The notes under the pieces: generated by a model | Database searches by the model: none | What the model saw: only the letters and a program-made list of their open reading frames with translations | Told to the model about the DNA's origin: nothing | NCBI GenBank assembly: GCA_046050185.1 | Contig: JBJOQF010000016.1 | Coordinates: forward strand, 1 to 36,628 | DNA: 36,628 bases | Reading direction: 5' to 3' | Source of the DNA: Bacteroidota bacterium | Lineage (GTDB): Bacteria; Bacteroidota; Bacteroidia; Flavobacteriales; Flavobacteriaceae | In this document: positions 9,590 to 19,943 of the stretch, one piece after another | Layout of the letters: the number at the start of each line of letters is the position of its first letter | Position numbering within the stretch: position 1 is the first letter of the stretch | Position numbers and translations under genes: made by a program

Positions 9590-12010
9590 ATGGCAAAGTA
9601 CAAACACATCCTGTTTTTTAACGAAATTGGCATTGAAGCCATTGATAAAGTTGGCGGTAAAAATGCATCACTTGGAGAAATGTATAACCAACTCAATCCA
9701 ATAGGTGTCAGCGTACCTAATGGATTTGCAGTTACTGCAAAAGCCTATCGCCTCTTTCGTGAAGCAAATAATCTGAAAAAAAATCTTGACGATTTATTAT
9801 TTTCATTAGATACAAAACAGTATTCTAATCTTTCTTTAATTGGAGAAAAAGCCAGAAATCTTATTTTATCAGCCAAAATTCCATCAGAAATTCGGGATGA
9901 AATACGAGTTGCTTATCAATCACTTTGTGAACAATGCGGTATAAATAATCTTGATGTAGCGGTACGAAGCAGCGCTACATCTGAGGATTTACCAACGGCT
10001 AGTTTTGCGGGTCAAATGCAATCTTTTTTAAATATTAACGGTGAAAATCAATTGCTGGATGCGGTACACCGCTGTTTTGTATCCTTATTTACGGATCGCG
10101 CTATAAAATACCGCCATGACATGGGCTTTGCCAAAATAGATATTGCTATTTCCGTTGGGGTACAGCAAATGGTTCGAAGTGATAAAGCATCTTCTGGCGT
10201 AGCATTTACAATTGATCCTGATAGCGGATTTGAAAATGTCATCATCATCAACAGCATTTGGGGATTAGGCGAAAACATTGTTCAAGGTACTGTTACACCT
10301 GACGAATGGATGGTTTTTAAACCTACTTTGGAAAACCCGGATTTAAATCCCATTCTAAAAAGACAGTGCGGGAAAAAAGAATTTACAATGATTTATGCCG
10401 ATAAATCAGCAAGCACATCCGCAGAAAACACAATTGTTAATACTGACACTTCCTTAGAAAAACAAAACCTGTTTTCGCTAGACGACAATGAAGTTATTCA
10501 GCTTTCTCGATGGTGTTATAAAATTGAAAAACATTATAAAAAACCAATGGATATTGAATGGGCAAAAGACGGTTTAAATAACCAACTTTATATCGTTCAG
10601 GCACGACCGGAAACCGTTCATGGAAAAACAAATAAGCAAGTTCGGGAAATCTATAAACTAAAAGAAAAAGGCACAATTTTGACACAAGGAATTGCTCTTG
10701 GCGACAAAATTGCTTCGGGAAAAGTACGCATTCTAAACAGTCCGCAAGAAGGCCATTTATTACAAGAAGGAGAAATCATAGTTACTGATTTGACTAATCC
10801 TGATTGGGATCCCATCATGAAAAAAGCTTCGGCGATAATTACTAATAAAGGCGGGCGCACAAGTCATGCCGCCATTGTAGCACGAGAACTGGGAACTGTG
10901 GCTGTAGTAGGCTGTGGTAATGCAACTTCCATGTTAAAAAATGGACAAGAAATTACCGTTTCCTGTGCTGAAGGTAAAGAAGGATATATATATAAAGGAT
11001 TACTGAAATGGGAAATAACTGAACAGGATTTCAGCAAACTTGAAATGCCAAAAACAGACCCTATGCTTATTCTTGCCGACCCGGAAAGAGCATTTGCATT
11101 AAGCCATTATCCCAATCAGGGTGTAGGTTTGATGCGAATGGAATTTGCTATTTCGAATACTATAAAAATTCATCCGTTGGCATTGTGTGAACCTGAAAAA
11201 ATAACCGATGAGAAAATTGTTGCCAAAATAGCCGTATTAACCAAAGGCTATGAAAATCCTAAAAATTATTTCATTGATAAACTAGCCGAAGCAGTCGCAA
11301 TTGTAGCTGCCGCTTTCTATCCAAAAGATGTGATTGTACGAATGAGTGATTTTAAAAGCAATGAATATGCTAACCTCATCGGAGGGGAATATTACGAACC
11401 TCAGGAAGAAAACCCAATGATAGGATTTCGCGGTGCTTCCCGCTATTACAGTGATTTTTATCGAAAAGGGTTTGCTTTGGAATGCGAAGCCATGAAAAAA
11501 GTACGAAATGAAATGGGACTTCTCAATGTAAAACTGATGATTCCGTTTTGCAGAACAGTCGAGGAAGGCGAAAATGTACTTACTGAAATGACTAAAAATG
11601 GATTAGTGCAAGGCATCAACGGACTGGAAGTATATGTCATGATTGAAATTCCAAGTAATGTATTAATGGCCGATGAATTTGCAAAACTCTTTGACGGATT
11701 TTCAATTGGTTCCAATGATTTAACTCAACTCACATTAGGTTTAGATCGCGACTCTGCATTAGTGAGCTATTTGTTTGATGAGGAAAATCCAGCCATAAAA
11801 TATTTAATTAAAGAAACTATTCGGGTCGCCAAACGTTTTGAAATAAAAGTAGGACTGTGCGGACAGGCTCCAAGCGACATCCCACAATTTGCTAAATTTT
11901 TAGTAAATGAAGGCATTGACAGCATTTCATTTAATCCTGATGCTTTGATAAAAGGAATTGAAAATATTTTGGAAGCAGAAAAGAAAACAAAAAGAAAAAT
12001 TTTAATGTAA
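9590..12010 (+). CDS. ppsA: Phosphoenolpyruvate synthase (pyruvate,water dikinase)
   Basis: VGGKNASLGEM, VAVRSSAT.EDLP.ASFAGQ, phospho-His motif GGRTSHAAIVARELG, EENPMIGFRGASRY, SIGSNDLTQL. Confidence 0.96.
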   Translation: MAKYKHILFFNEIGIEAIDKVGGKNASLGEMYNQLNPIGVSVPNGFAVTAKAYRLFREANNLKKNLDDLLFSLDTKQYSNLSLIGEKARNLILSAKIPSEIRDEIRVAYQSLCEQCGINNLDVAVRSSATSEDLPTASFAGQMQSFLNINGENQLLDAVHRCFVSLFTDRAIKYRHDMGFAKIDIAISVGVQQMVRSDKASSGVAFTIDPDSGFENVIIINSIWGLGENIVQGTVTPDEWMVFKPTLENPDLNPILKRQCGKKEFTMIYADKSASTSAENTIVNTDTSLEKQNLFSLDDNEVIQLSRWCYKIEKHYKKPMDIEWAKDGLNNQLYIVQARPETVHGKTNKQVREIYKLKEKGTILTQGIALGDKIASGKVRILNSPQEGHLLQEGEIIVTDLTNPDWDPIMKKASAIITNKGGRTSHAAIVARELGTVAVVGCGNATSMLKNGQEITVSCAEGKEGYIYKGLLKWEITEQDFSKLEMPKTDPMLILADPERAFALSHYPNQGVGLMRMEFAISNTIKIHPLALCEPEKITDEKIVAKIAVLTKGYENPKNYFIDKLAEAVAIVAAAFYPKDVIVRMSDFKSNEYANLIGGEYYEPQEENPMIGFRGASRYYSDFYRKGFALECEAMKKVRNEMGLLNVKLMIPFCRTVEEGENVLTEMTKNGLVQGINGLEVYVMIEIPSNVLMADEFAKLFDGFSIGSNDLTQLTLGLDRDSALVSYLFDEENPAIKYLIKETIRVAKRFEIKVGLCGQAPSDIPQFAKFLVNEGIDSISFNPDALIKGIENILEAEKKTKRKILM

Positions 12011-12020
12011 TACTTCTATT

Positions 12021-12776
12021 ATGGAAACAATATTCAAAAATAAAGTGGCAATTGTAACTGGCGGCTCATCAGGAATTGGTAAAGCTACAGCTCTTGTTTT
12101 TGCAAAAAAAGGAGCTAAAGTAGTTGTTGTGGATTGGGTAGAAAACAAAGAAACAGTAAACTTCATTAAAGAAATGGGTGGAGAAGCCATTTTTATCAAA
12201 TGTGATGTATCAAAAACTGCTGATGTTAAAGCTATGGTAGCGGAAACCATTGCCACTTTTGGAAGATTAGATTATGCCTTTAACAACGCTGGAATTGAAG
12301 GAATATCAGCCTCTACGCAAGATTGTACCGAGGAAAATTGGGACAAAACCATTGGTGTAAACCTAAAAGGAATTTGGCTTTGCATGAAATATGAAATCCC
12401 TGAAATACTGAAACAAGGAAAAGGTGTGATTATCAATTGTGCCTCTGTTGCAGGATTAGTAGGATTTGCCGGTTTACCAGCTTATGTAGCATCAAAACAT
12501 GGTGTTGTAGGATTAACAAAAACCACTGCTTTAGAATGTGCTAAAATCGGAATTCGAGTAAATGCTATTTGTCCAGGAGTAATTCAAACCCCCATGATTG
12601 ACAGACTTATCGGAAACAGTAAAGAAGCCGTAGCACAATTTACAGGCTTGGAACCTGTTGGCCGTTTTGGTCAACCTGAAGAAATAGCTAACGCAGTAGT
12701 TTGGATGTGCTCAGATGAAGCTTCTTTTGTAACCGGTCATGCCATGGCTGTTGACGGTGGTTTTGTAGCGCAATAA
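12021..12776 (+). CDS. Classical short-chain dehydrogenase/reductase
   Basis: TGGSSGIG, NNAG, YVASKHG (YxxxK), VNAICPG, VDGG. Confidence 0.93.
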   Translation: METIFKNKVAIVTGGSSGIGKATALVFAKKGAKVVVVDWVENKETVNFIKEMGGEAIFIKCDVSKTADVKAMVAETIATFGRLDYAFNNAGIEGISASTQDCTEENWDKTIGVNLKGIWLCMKYEIPEILKQGKGVIINCASVAGLVGFAGLPAYVASKHGVVGLTKTTALECAKIGIRVNAICPGVIQTPMIDRLIGNSKEAVAQFTGLEPVGRFGQPEEIANAVVWMCSDEASFVTGHAMAVDGGFVAQ

Positions 12777-12803
12777 ATTAATTATAATAGTAATTCCTGC
12801 TTT

Positions 12804-14543
12804 ATGATTTCCATCAAAAATAAAATAGAGCACCATCTTTTGGATTATGAAAAAGTGCAAAATTCTTTTTCATGGGAAACAATTGCCCAAGAATTAAGCG
12901 GTCTTCCCAATGGAAAAGGATTGAATATCGCTCACGAAGCTGTAGATATCCATGCTAAGAGTCATCTGAAAGATACGGTAGCGCTTCGTTTTATTCGAAA
13001 AGACAGAAACTTTCATGATTTTACTTATGCTGAATTACAAATTCAAACATCAAAATTTGCTAATGCACTTCATAATTTAGGCATCCAAAAAGGAGAGCGT
13101 ATTTTCTCTTTGGCAGGAAGAATTCCCGAATTATACATTACTGCTTTGGGAACTTTGAAATATACGGCAGTATTTTGTCCGTTATTTTCTGTTTTTGGTC
13201 CTGAACCTATTTTTCAAAGACTCAGCAAAGGCGATGCATCCGTTTTAGTGACAACTTCAGCTTTATTTGAAAAGAAAATAAAACAAATACTCGATAAACT
13301 TCCTTTGCTTCGTTATATCCTTATCATTGATGCCAAAGAACATGTTTCAGAGAAAATAGTGTCTTTCCAAAAATTAATGGAACAGGCAAAAGAAGATTTT
13401 ATTATACCAGAAACGAATCCTGAAGATGCCGCCCTACTCCATTTTACAAGTGGAACTACCGGAATGCCAAAAGGTGTTTTACACGTTCACAAAGCGGTAC
13501 TTACCCATTATATAACAGGCAAATATGTTCTCGATTTTCATCAGGAAGATTGGTTTTGGTGTACTGCTGATCCGGGTTGGGTTACCGGCACTTCTTATGG
13601 AATTATTGCTCCGTTACTACATGGAATCAGCAGTATTGTTGATGAGGAAGAATTTGATGCCGCAAGATGGTATTCCTTACTGGAAGAACACAAAATAACA
13701 ACTTGGTACACTGCTCCTACCGCCATCAGACGATTGATGCGTATGGATATAAAGCCTTGTGAAGAATACAATCTTAAAAATCTTAGGTTGATTTTGAGCG
13801 TGGGCGAACCACTACATGCCGAAGCTGTTATTTGGGGAGAAGAAAACTTTGGCTTTCCTATTCTTGACAATTGGTGGCAAACCGAAACAGGTGGTATTAT
13901 GATTGCTAATTATCCTTCGATGAAAGTAAAACCCGGTTCCATGGGAAAACCTTTGCCCGGAGTGGAAGCTGCAATTGCTGAAGTAAATGACAATCAACTA
14001 AAACTAAAACTAAAGACCAAACCTAATATTCAAGGACATTTGGTTTTAAAAAAAGGATTCCCTTCCCTATTTCGGGCGTATTTACATGAAGAAGAACGTT
14101 ATAACAAATGTTTTATAGGCGAATGGTACCTCAGCGGTGATTTAGCTAAAAAAGATACCGATGGCTATTTCTGGTTCATCGGTCGAGCTGATGATATTAT
14201 CAAGACTTCAGGACACATGGTAGGACCATTTGAAGTTGAAAGTACTTTGATGCGGCATCCTGCGGTGGCTGAAGCGGCTGTGATTGGGAAACCGGAACCT
14301 ACTATTGGTGAATTAGTAAAAGCATTTATAGTCTTAAAAACTGGAAAAGAGCCTAATGAAGAGACAAAAATGGATATTATGGGTTTTGCCCGAAAAGAAA
14401 TGGGACCTGCTGTGGCTCCCAAAGAAATTGAATTTGTAAAAAATATTCCTAAAACCAGAAGCGGAAAAATTTTGCGGCGCTTACTAAAAGCTCGAGAACT
14501 TGGTTTACCGGAAGGAGATATTTCAACATTGGAACAATCATAA
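12804..14543 (+). CDS. acsA: Acetate--CoA ligase / acyl-adenylate-forming enzyme
   Basis: FTSGTTGMPKG, WCTADPGWVTG, DNWWQTETGG, SGD, GRADD, PKTRSGKILRR. Confidence 0.88.
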   Translation: MISIKNKIEHHLLDYEKVQNSFSWETIAQELSGLPNGKGLNIAHEAVDIHAKSHLKDTVALRFIRKDRNFHDFTYAELQIQTSKFANALHNLGIQKGERIFSLAGRIPELYITALGTLKYTAVFCPLFSVFGPEPIFQRLSKGDASVLVTTSALFEKKIKQILDKLPLLRYILIIDAKEHVSEKIVSFQKLMEQAKEDFIIPETNPEDAALLHFTSGTTGMPKGVLHVHKAVLTHYITGKYVLDFHQEDWFWCTADPGWVTGTSYGIIAPLLHGISSIVDEEEFDAARWYSLLEEHKITTWYTAPTAIRRLMRMDIKPCEEYNLKNLRLILSVGEPLHAEAVIWGEENFGFPILDNWWQTETGGIMIANYPSMKVKPGSMGKPLPGVEAAIAEVNDNQLKLKLKTKPNIQGHLVLKKGFPSLFRAYLHEEERYNKCFIGEWYLSGDLAKKDTDGYFWFIGRADDIIKTSGHMVGPFEVESTLMRHPAVAEAAVIGKPEPTIGELVKAFIVLKTGKEPNEETKMDIMGFARKEMGPAVAPKEIEFVKNIPKTRSGKILRRLLKARELGLPEGDISTLEQS

Positions 14544-14592
14544 ATACTATTAGGATACTGAAAATTAATTTTCACTAAAATAAATTTCTATC

Positions 14593-16098
14593 ATGATACC
14601 ATTAAAAAAAATACACTTGAAAAGTAAACTATTTTATTGGTTGATTATCCTTTTGTCGTTTCAAGGATGTCACGCACAGGATAAGAAAAATGAGAAAGAC
14701 ATTGAAGAAATACAAAAAAATAACAGCTCCAATCCTGAGAAAGCTTCCTATACAGGTATTGTAGATTTCAAATTAGCCGCCAAAATAGCCACGCCTGGAG
14801 TAGTACATATCAAATGCCTTTTTAAATCCCAAATACAACGCGATGGGAATGAAGATGGATTTTATAATTTACCTGACCAATTAAAAGAATTCTTTAAAGA
14901 AGAACCTTTTTTAAGACAATTTAAATCCCAACAACAATATGACAATGAACCTGTAATAGGCAGTGGATCTGGCGTAATACTGACAACTGACGGATACATA
15001 ATTACAAATAACCACTTAGTAAAAGATGCAGATGACATTAACATAACACTGTTTGACGGGCGTTCCTATACAGCCAAAATTATAGGCACTGATCCTCAAA
15101 CAGATCTCGCTCTCCTTAAAATTGACGAAAAGAATCTTTCCTTTATTAGGTATGGTGATATTGACACTATTGAAGTGGGAGAATGGGTGGTAGCCGTGGG
15201 GAATCCCTTTAATCTCGCATCAACCGTTACGGCAGGAATTGTAAGCGCCAAAGCCCGGAATATAAATATTTTGAATAATCAGGGCGCTATTGAATCATTC
15301 ATACAAACCGATGCAGCAGTGAATCCCGGCAACAGCGGTGGTGCATTAGTAACATTAGACGGAAAACTAATTGGAATCAATACTGCAATAGCAACACCTA
15401 CGGGAGTTTATGCGGGATATGCTTTTGCAATTCCTGTAGACATTGTGAAAAAAGTCGCCAATGACCTGATGAATTTCGGATCGGTTAAAAGAGGTGTTTT
15501 AGGAATTAGTATCCATGATTTGAACAGCACTCTTGCCAAAGAAATAAATATTGATCGTGCCAATGGTGTTTATGTTGACAGCGTAATGGTAAACGGAGCA
15601 GCAAAACAAGCCGGTATCAAAGAAAAAGATGTAATCATCAGCATTGATAACATTGAAACCGTTTCTGTAGCAAAATTGCAAGAGATTATTATGCGAAAAC
15701 ATCCTGGAGAAAAAGTAAAAATTACACTAATCAGAAATGGTACAGAAAAAAAAGAATTTATCGTAACACTACAAAAACAAGAAGCAATCCCTAAAATTAT
15801 AAAAACCAAAGGAAAAGATTTGCTCAAGGATTTAGGGGTCGAACTTGTTCAAATTAATAAGGAAGACCAGAAAAATTACAATGTTAAAAACGGACTAAAA
15901 GTCACACAATTGTATGAAGGAAAACTGAAAAGATACACCAATATACGCGAAGGATTTGTAATTACATCCGTTAACAATAAAATGGTCTCAACAATTAATT
16001 CCTTTATGGAAGCGGTTGAAACACAAAAAGGAGGCATAATGCTGGAAGGAAAATATGCCGGTGATTCTACATACTATTATTATGCATTTGGTATGTGA
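14593..16098 (+). CDS. HtrA/Do-family serine protease with PDZ domains, probable lipoprotein
   Basis: Catalytic triad TNNH / TDLAL / GNSGG; two C-terminal PDZ-like regions; lipobox-like LSFQG-C. Confidence 0.92.
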   Translation: MIPLKKIHLKSKLFYWLIILLSFQGCHAQDKKNEKDIEEIQKNNSSNPEKASYTGIVDFKLAAKIATPGVVHIKCLFKSQIQRDGNEDGFYNLPDQLKEFFKEEPFLRQFKSQQQYDNEPVIGSGSGVILTTDGYIITNNHLVKDADDINITLFDGRSYTAKIIGTDPQTDLALLKIDEKNLSFIRYGDIDTIEVGEWVVAVGNPFNLASTVTAGIVSAKARNINILNNQGAIESFIQTDAAVNPGNSGGALVTLDGKLIGINTAIATPTGVYAGYAFAIPVDIVKKVANDLMNFGSVKRGVLGISIHDLNSTLAKEINIDRANGVYVDSVMVNGAAKQAGIKEKDVIISIDNIETVSVAKLQEIIMRKHPGEKVKITLIRNGTEKKEFIVTLQKQEAIPKIIKTKGKDLLKDLGVELVQINKEDQKNYNVKNGLKVTQLYEGKLKRYTNIREGFVITSVNNKMVSTINSFMEAVETQKGGIMLEGKYAGDSTYYYYAFGM

Positions 16099-16164
16099 AA
16101 TAAAATCAAAGACAGAAATTAAAACTCACAATATTTAGATTGTTAAACCAATACTAATAAACAC

Positions 16165-17154
16165 ATGGTACAATCAGCCACAATACAGAAACCTATGAAT
16201 GCTAAAAAAGGATTACTTCTTTTTTATCAAATGCTGCTTATAAGACGATTTGAAGAAAAAGCAGCCGAGCAATATACGAAAGCCAAAATTAGGGGTTTTC
16301 TACATTTATATATAGGTGAAGAAGCAGTAGCTGTAGGCGTAATACAAGCTTTAAATGATGATGATAATGTGTTAAGTACCTACCGAGAACATGGACATGC
16401 CTTGGCACGTGGCATTGATCCGGATGTTATCATGGCCGAAATGTACGGAAAACTGGAAGGCTGTAGCCGAGGTCGTGGTGGCTCGATGCATTTGTTTGAT
16501 GTATCAAATAATTTTTATGGTGGCAATGCCATTGTGTGTAGTCATCTTCCTATTGCTGTTGGGATGGCTTTGGCCTCCAAAAAACAAAAGAAAACAAATA
16601 TTACCTGTTGTTTTTTTGGCGAAGGCGCCGCTGCCGAAGGAGTATTTCACGAAGCCATGAATCTGGCTTCACTCTGGAAAGTTCCTGTTTTATTTGTTTG
16701 TGAAAACAATCTATATGCTATGGGAACTGCTATAAAATATTCGCATGCCGTGACTGAGCTCGAAAAAAAAGGGGCAGCTTACGGAATAGAATCTGCTGTG
16801 GTAGACGGTATGGATTTGATCGCTGTAGTGGATGCCGCTAATACAGCTGTCGAAAAAATAAGAAGTAATGGCAAACCTTATTTTTTGGTTTGCAATACAT
16901 ATCGTTTTCGAGCGCACTCAATGTTTGATGCCGAATTATACCGAGATAAAAAAGAAGTGGAGGAATGGAAAAAAAAGGATCCTATTCCGCAATTCGAGCA
17001 GTTTCTTTTGCAACAACAATGGATTACAGAGAATGAAATTGCCGAATTTGAAACTAAAATTGAAACCAAAATTAAGATTGCAGTAAATTTTGCGGAAGCG
17101 GGAACTTGGGAGCCTTTAGACCAATTAACAAAATTTGTTTATAGCGAAATTTGA
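16165..17154 (+). CDS. pdhA: Pyruvate dehydrogenase-like E1 alpha subunit
   Basis: IRGFLHLYIGEEA, YREHGH, GRGGSMH, ThDP motif GEG..N (CENN), TYRFRAHS. Confidence 0.9.
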   Translation: MVQSATIQKPMNAKKGLLLFYQMLLIRRFEEKAAEQYTKAKIRGFLHLYIGEEAVAVGVIQALNDDDNVLSTYREHGHALARGIDPDVIMAEMYGKLEGCSRGRGGSMHLFDVSNNFYGGNAIVCSHLPIAVGMALASKKQKKTNITCCFFGEGAAAEGVFHEAMNLASLWKVPVLFVCENNLYAMGTAIKYSHAVTELEKKGAAYGIESAVVDGMDLIAVVDAANTAVEKIRSNGKPYFLVCNTYRFRAHSMFDAELYRDKKEVEEWKKKDPIPQFEQFLLQQQWITENEIAEFETKIETKIKIAVNFAEAGTWEPLDQLTKFVYSEI

Positions 17155-17219
17155 AATTCATAAAGAAAACTAACCCTAATTTCAATCCTTATTTATTTAA
17201 CTATTAAAAAATTAAAACT

Positions 17220-17492
17220 ATGGAAAACACTACTTTTTGTCAAAGTTGCGGAATGCCACTTAGCACTGAAGAATTAAAAGGTACTGAACATAATGGTATT
17301 AAAAACAATGAATATTGTAAGTATTGCTATGAGGATAGTCACTTTAAGCATCCAGAAATGGATTTAGAAAAAATGAAAAATGCTGTACAAGCTCATATGG
17401 AAAAAGAAAAACTTCCTAATTACATGGTTCAAAGAGCTTTAAAAATTTTACCTGTATTAAACCGTTGGAAAAACAAACATTTTATCATCTAA
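17220..17492 (+). CDS. Putative zinc-ribbon domain protein
   Basis: [25 protein letters not shown] pattern. Confidence 0.85.
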   Translation: MENTTFCQSCGMPLSTEELKGTEHNGIKNNEYCKYCYEDSHFKHPEMDLEKMKNAVQAHMEKEKLPNYMVQRALKILPVLNRWKNKHFII

Positions 17493-17508
17493 AAAATCAA
17501 TTCAATCC

Positions 17509-18507
17509 ATGGAAAATAGTAATGGTAAAATTAAAATCACCTATCGGGAGGCTTTGAAACAAGGTCTTCGCGAAGCATTACAAAATGACGAACGTGTTTT
17601 TTTGATGGGAGAAGATGTGGGCCGTTACGGAGGCGCTTTTGCGGTAAGCAAAGGACTGTTACAAGAATTTGGAGAAGAACGTATTATGGATGTACCGCTT
17701 TCTGAGGCAGGTTTTGTGGGAGCCGGAATTGGCGCGGCAATGGCTGGTATGAAACCAATTATTGAAGTGATGACCGTTAATTTCAGTTTGCTTGCCATGG
17801 ATCAAATTGTGAACAACGCGGCAACCTTACAACACATGTCAGGCGGACAATTGCATGACCCACTTGTAATCCGAATGGGCTGTGGCATTGGTCGTCAGTT
17901 AGGAGCGCAACATTCACACAGTTGGGAACCATTTTATTCCCACATACCAGGATTAATTGTCTTGTCTGTGGGAACACATGAAGATGCGCGGTATATGTTA
18001 CGTGCCGCATTACAAAGCCCAGATCCAGTGGTCCTTTTTGAATATACAGCAATGCTGAATATGGAAAAAGAAATAGCTGTTGACTTAGGAACTGTAACCA
18101 TTTTTAATGCCAAAGTGTTGAGAGAAGGTACAGCTATTTCCATTATTACCTATGGAACAGGTGTTTATAAATGTTTAGAAGCAGCTGCCGAATTAGCGAC
18201 TGTTGGGATTGATGTTGAAGTCATTGATTTGCGAATTTTACGACCATTGGATGAGAAGACTTTCTTGACTTCGGTTGCTAAAACGCATCGGGTACTTGTT
18301 GTGGAAGATGCATGGCGTTCAGTTAGCGTTTCTTCGGAAATCAGTGCCCGTATTATGGAAAAAGGATTTTATGATTTGGATGCTCCCGTACAGCGATTGT
18401 GTGGTGTTGAAGTACCTATTCCCTACTCTGCCCACATGGAAGAAGCTGCCATTCCTCAGAAAAAAGATATTGTTAATACCGTAAAAAAAATGATACGCCA
18501 TGATTGA
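17509..18507 (+). CDS. pdhB: Pyruvate dehydrogenase-like E1 beta subunit
   Basis: [38 protein letters not shown]. Confidence 0.9.
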   Translation: MENSNGKIKITYREALKQGLREALQNDERVFLMGEDVGRYGGAFAVSKGLLQEFGEERIMDVPLSEAGFVGAGIGAAMAGMKPIIEVMTVNFSLLAMDQIVNNAATLQHMSGGQLHDPLVIRMGCGIGRQLGAQHSHSWEPFYSHIPGLIVLSVGTHEDARYMLRAALQSPDPVVLFEYTAMLNMEKEIAVDLGTVTIFNAKVLREGTAISIITYGTGVYKCLEAAAELATVGIDVEVIDLRILRPLDEKTFLTSVAKTHRVLVVEDAWRSVSVSSEISARIMEKGFYDLDAPVQRLCGVEVPIPYSAHMEEAAIPQKKDIVNTVKKMIRHD

Positions 18508-19699
18508 ATTTCTAATGCCTAGTTTGGGTGCGGATATGGAAGACGGCACATTGATTGAATGGAAAAAAAAACCAGGAGATACAGTGAAGCGAGGCGATAT
18601 TATTGCCGAAGTGGAAACACAAAAAGGCCTGATTGAGATAGAAATTTTTGACGAAGGAATTATTGGGGAGTTACTGATTCAAGAAAATACTAAAGTACCT
18701 GTGGGAACCGTAATGGCTACAATAAATCCGAGCGTAGTAATATTAGAAACAAAAGAAAAGGAAATTCCTGAAAAACAACCAATAGCATTACAACCGATAG
18801 AAGAAAAAATAATGGAACCAATTTCCGTTGAAAAAGCCGCAACAATACATTTCAAAGTCTCTCCATTGGCGAAGAGAATTGCTGAAGATAACCATATTGA
18901 CATTTCGCAAATAACAGGAACTGGGCCTGATGGGGCCATCACCAAAGAAGATGTAGACTTTGCGATAGCCGAACGAGAAAAAACAGAAACAGAAAAAATT
19001 GAGAAAATACCTGTTGGAATAGAAAAACGAGGAACTGCAGCAGAAGCAATTCGTTCTGCAGTGGCGGCTGCCATGAGTAAATCTAACAGAGAAATTCCAC
19101 ACTATTATTTGGAGAAAAAAATTGATATGACAAATGCATTGGCATGGTTGCAGGTTGCAAATAGTAAACGTCCCCTAAAAAAAAGGTTGCTTCCTGTCAC
19201 TTTATTACTAAAAGCAACAGCAAAATCGCTTCTTGAATTCCCAGATTTGAATGCTATTTGGGATAATGGTTTACAGCTGAAAAAAGATATTAATATTGGT
19301 TTTGTGGTATCCTTACGTACCGGTGGTATTATCGTTCCGGCTCTTCATCAAGTCAATTTAAAAAGTATTGATGAAATCATGGATGCCTTAAATGATATTA
19401 TTCCGAGAGCTCGAGCATTGAGATTACGAAGTTCAGAATTGAGTGATTCTACCATAACACTTACAAGTATAGGAGATGGTGGGGCTGATTCCGTTTTTGG
19501 TGTAATTTATCCTCCTCAAGTGGCCATTATCGGTTTTGGAAGTATTACGGAACTTCCTTTTGCCAAACATGAAATGATAGGTATCAGATCTTGTATTTCT
19601 GTAACATTGGCTGGTGATCACCGTGCTACAGACGGATTAACTGGCAGTCGGTTTTTAGTTACTTTGAATAAATATTTACAAATTCCTGAAGCCTTATGA
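18500..19699 (+). CDS. pdhC: Dihydrolipoamide acyltransferase E2 (one lipoyl domain)
   Basis: [11 protein letters not shown] lipoyl domain with ETQKG, E3/E1-binding [21 protein letters not shown], catalytic DHRATDG. Confidence 0.9.
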   Translation: MIEFLMPSLGADMEDGTLIEWKKKPGDTVKRGDIIAEVETQKGLIEIEIFDEGIIGELLIQENTKVPVGTVMATINPSVVILETKEKEIPEKQPIALQPIEEKIMEPISVEKAATIHFKVSPLAKRIAEDNHIDISQITGTGPDGAITKEDVDFAIAEREKTETEKIEKIPVGIEKRGTAAEAIRSAVAAAMSKSNREIPHYYLEKKIDMTNALAWLQVANSKRPLKKRLLPVTLLLKATAKSLLEFPDLNAIWDNGLQLKKDINIGFVVSLRTGGIIVPALHQVNLKSIDEIMDALNDIIPRARALRLRSSELSDSTITLTSIGDGGADSVFGVIYPPQVAIIGFGSITELPFAKHEMIGIRSCISVTLAGDHRATDGLTGSRFLVTLNKYLQIPEAL

Positions 19700-19941
19700 C
19701 CGAAAAAAAAATTAGATCCATTATTTTTCAATTACTAAAAAAAATTGCTCCCGACACAGAACCGTCAGCATTGAAACCTGACGAAAATATTCGGGAAATA
19801 CTTTCTATCGATTCTTTTGATACGTTGCAATTCATCGTTGCACTGAATGAAAAATTAGGAATTGAAATCCCAGAACAGGACTATGGAAAAATCACCACTT
19901 TAACAACATTAGTATCTTACATTAGAAATAAAAAACGATAA
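19696..19941 (+). CDS. Acyl carrier protein
   Basis: 81 aa with IDSFD (phosphopantetheine Ser) and GIEIPEQDY; ATGA-coupled to pdhC. Confidence 0.88.
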   Translation: MTEKKIRSIIFQLLKKIAPDTEPSALKPDENIREILSIDSFDTLQFIVALNEKLGIEIPEQDYGKITTLTTLVSYIRNKKR

Positions 19942-19943
19942 AA

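Noticed and set aside
13998-14015. CTAAAA-type 6-nt microrepeat (LKLKLK) in acs
   Set aside because: In-frame and only three units; no phase-variation consequence.
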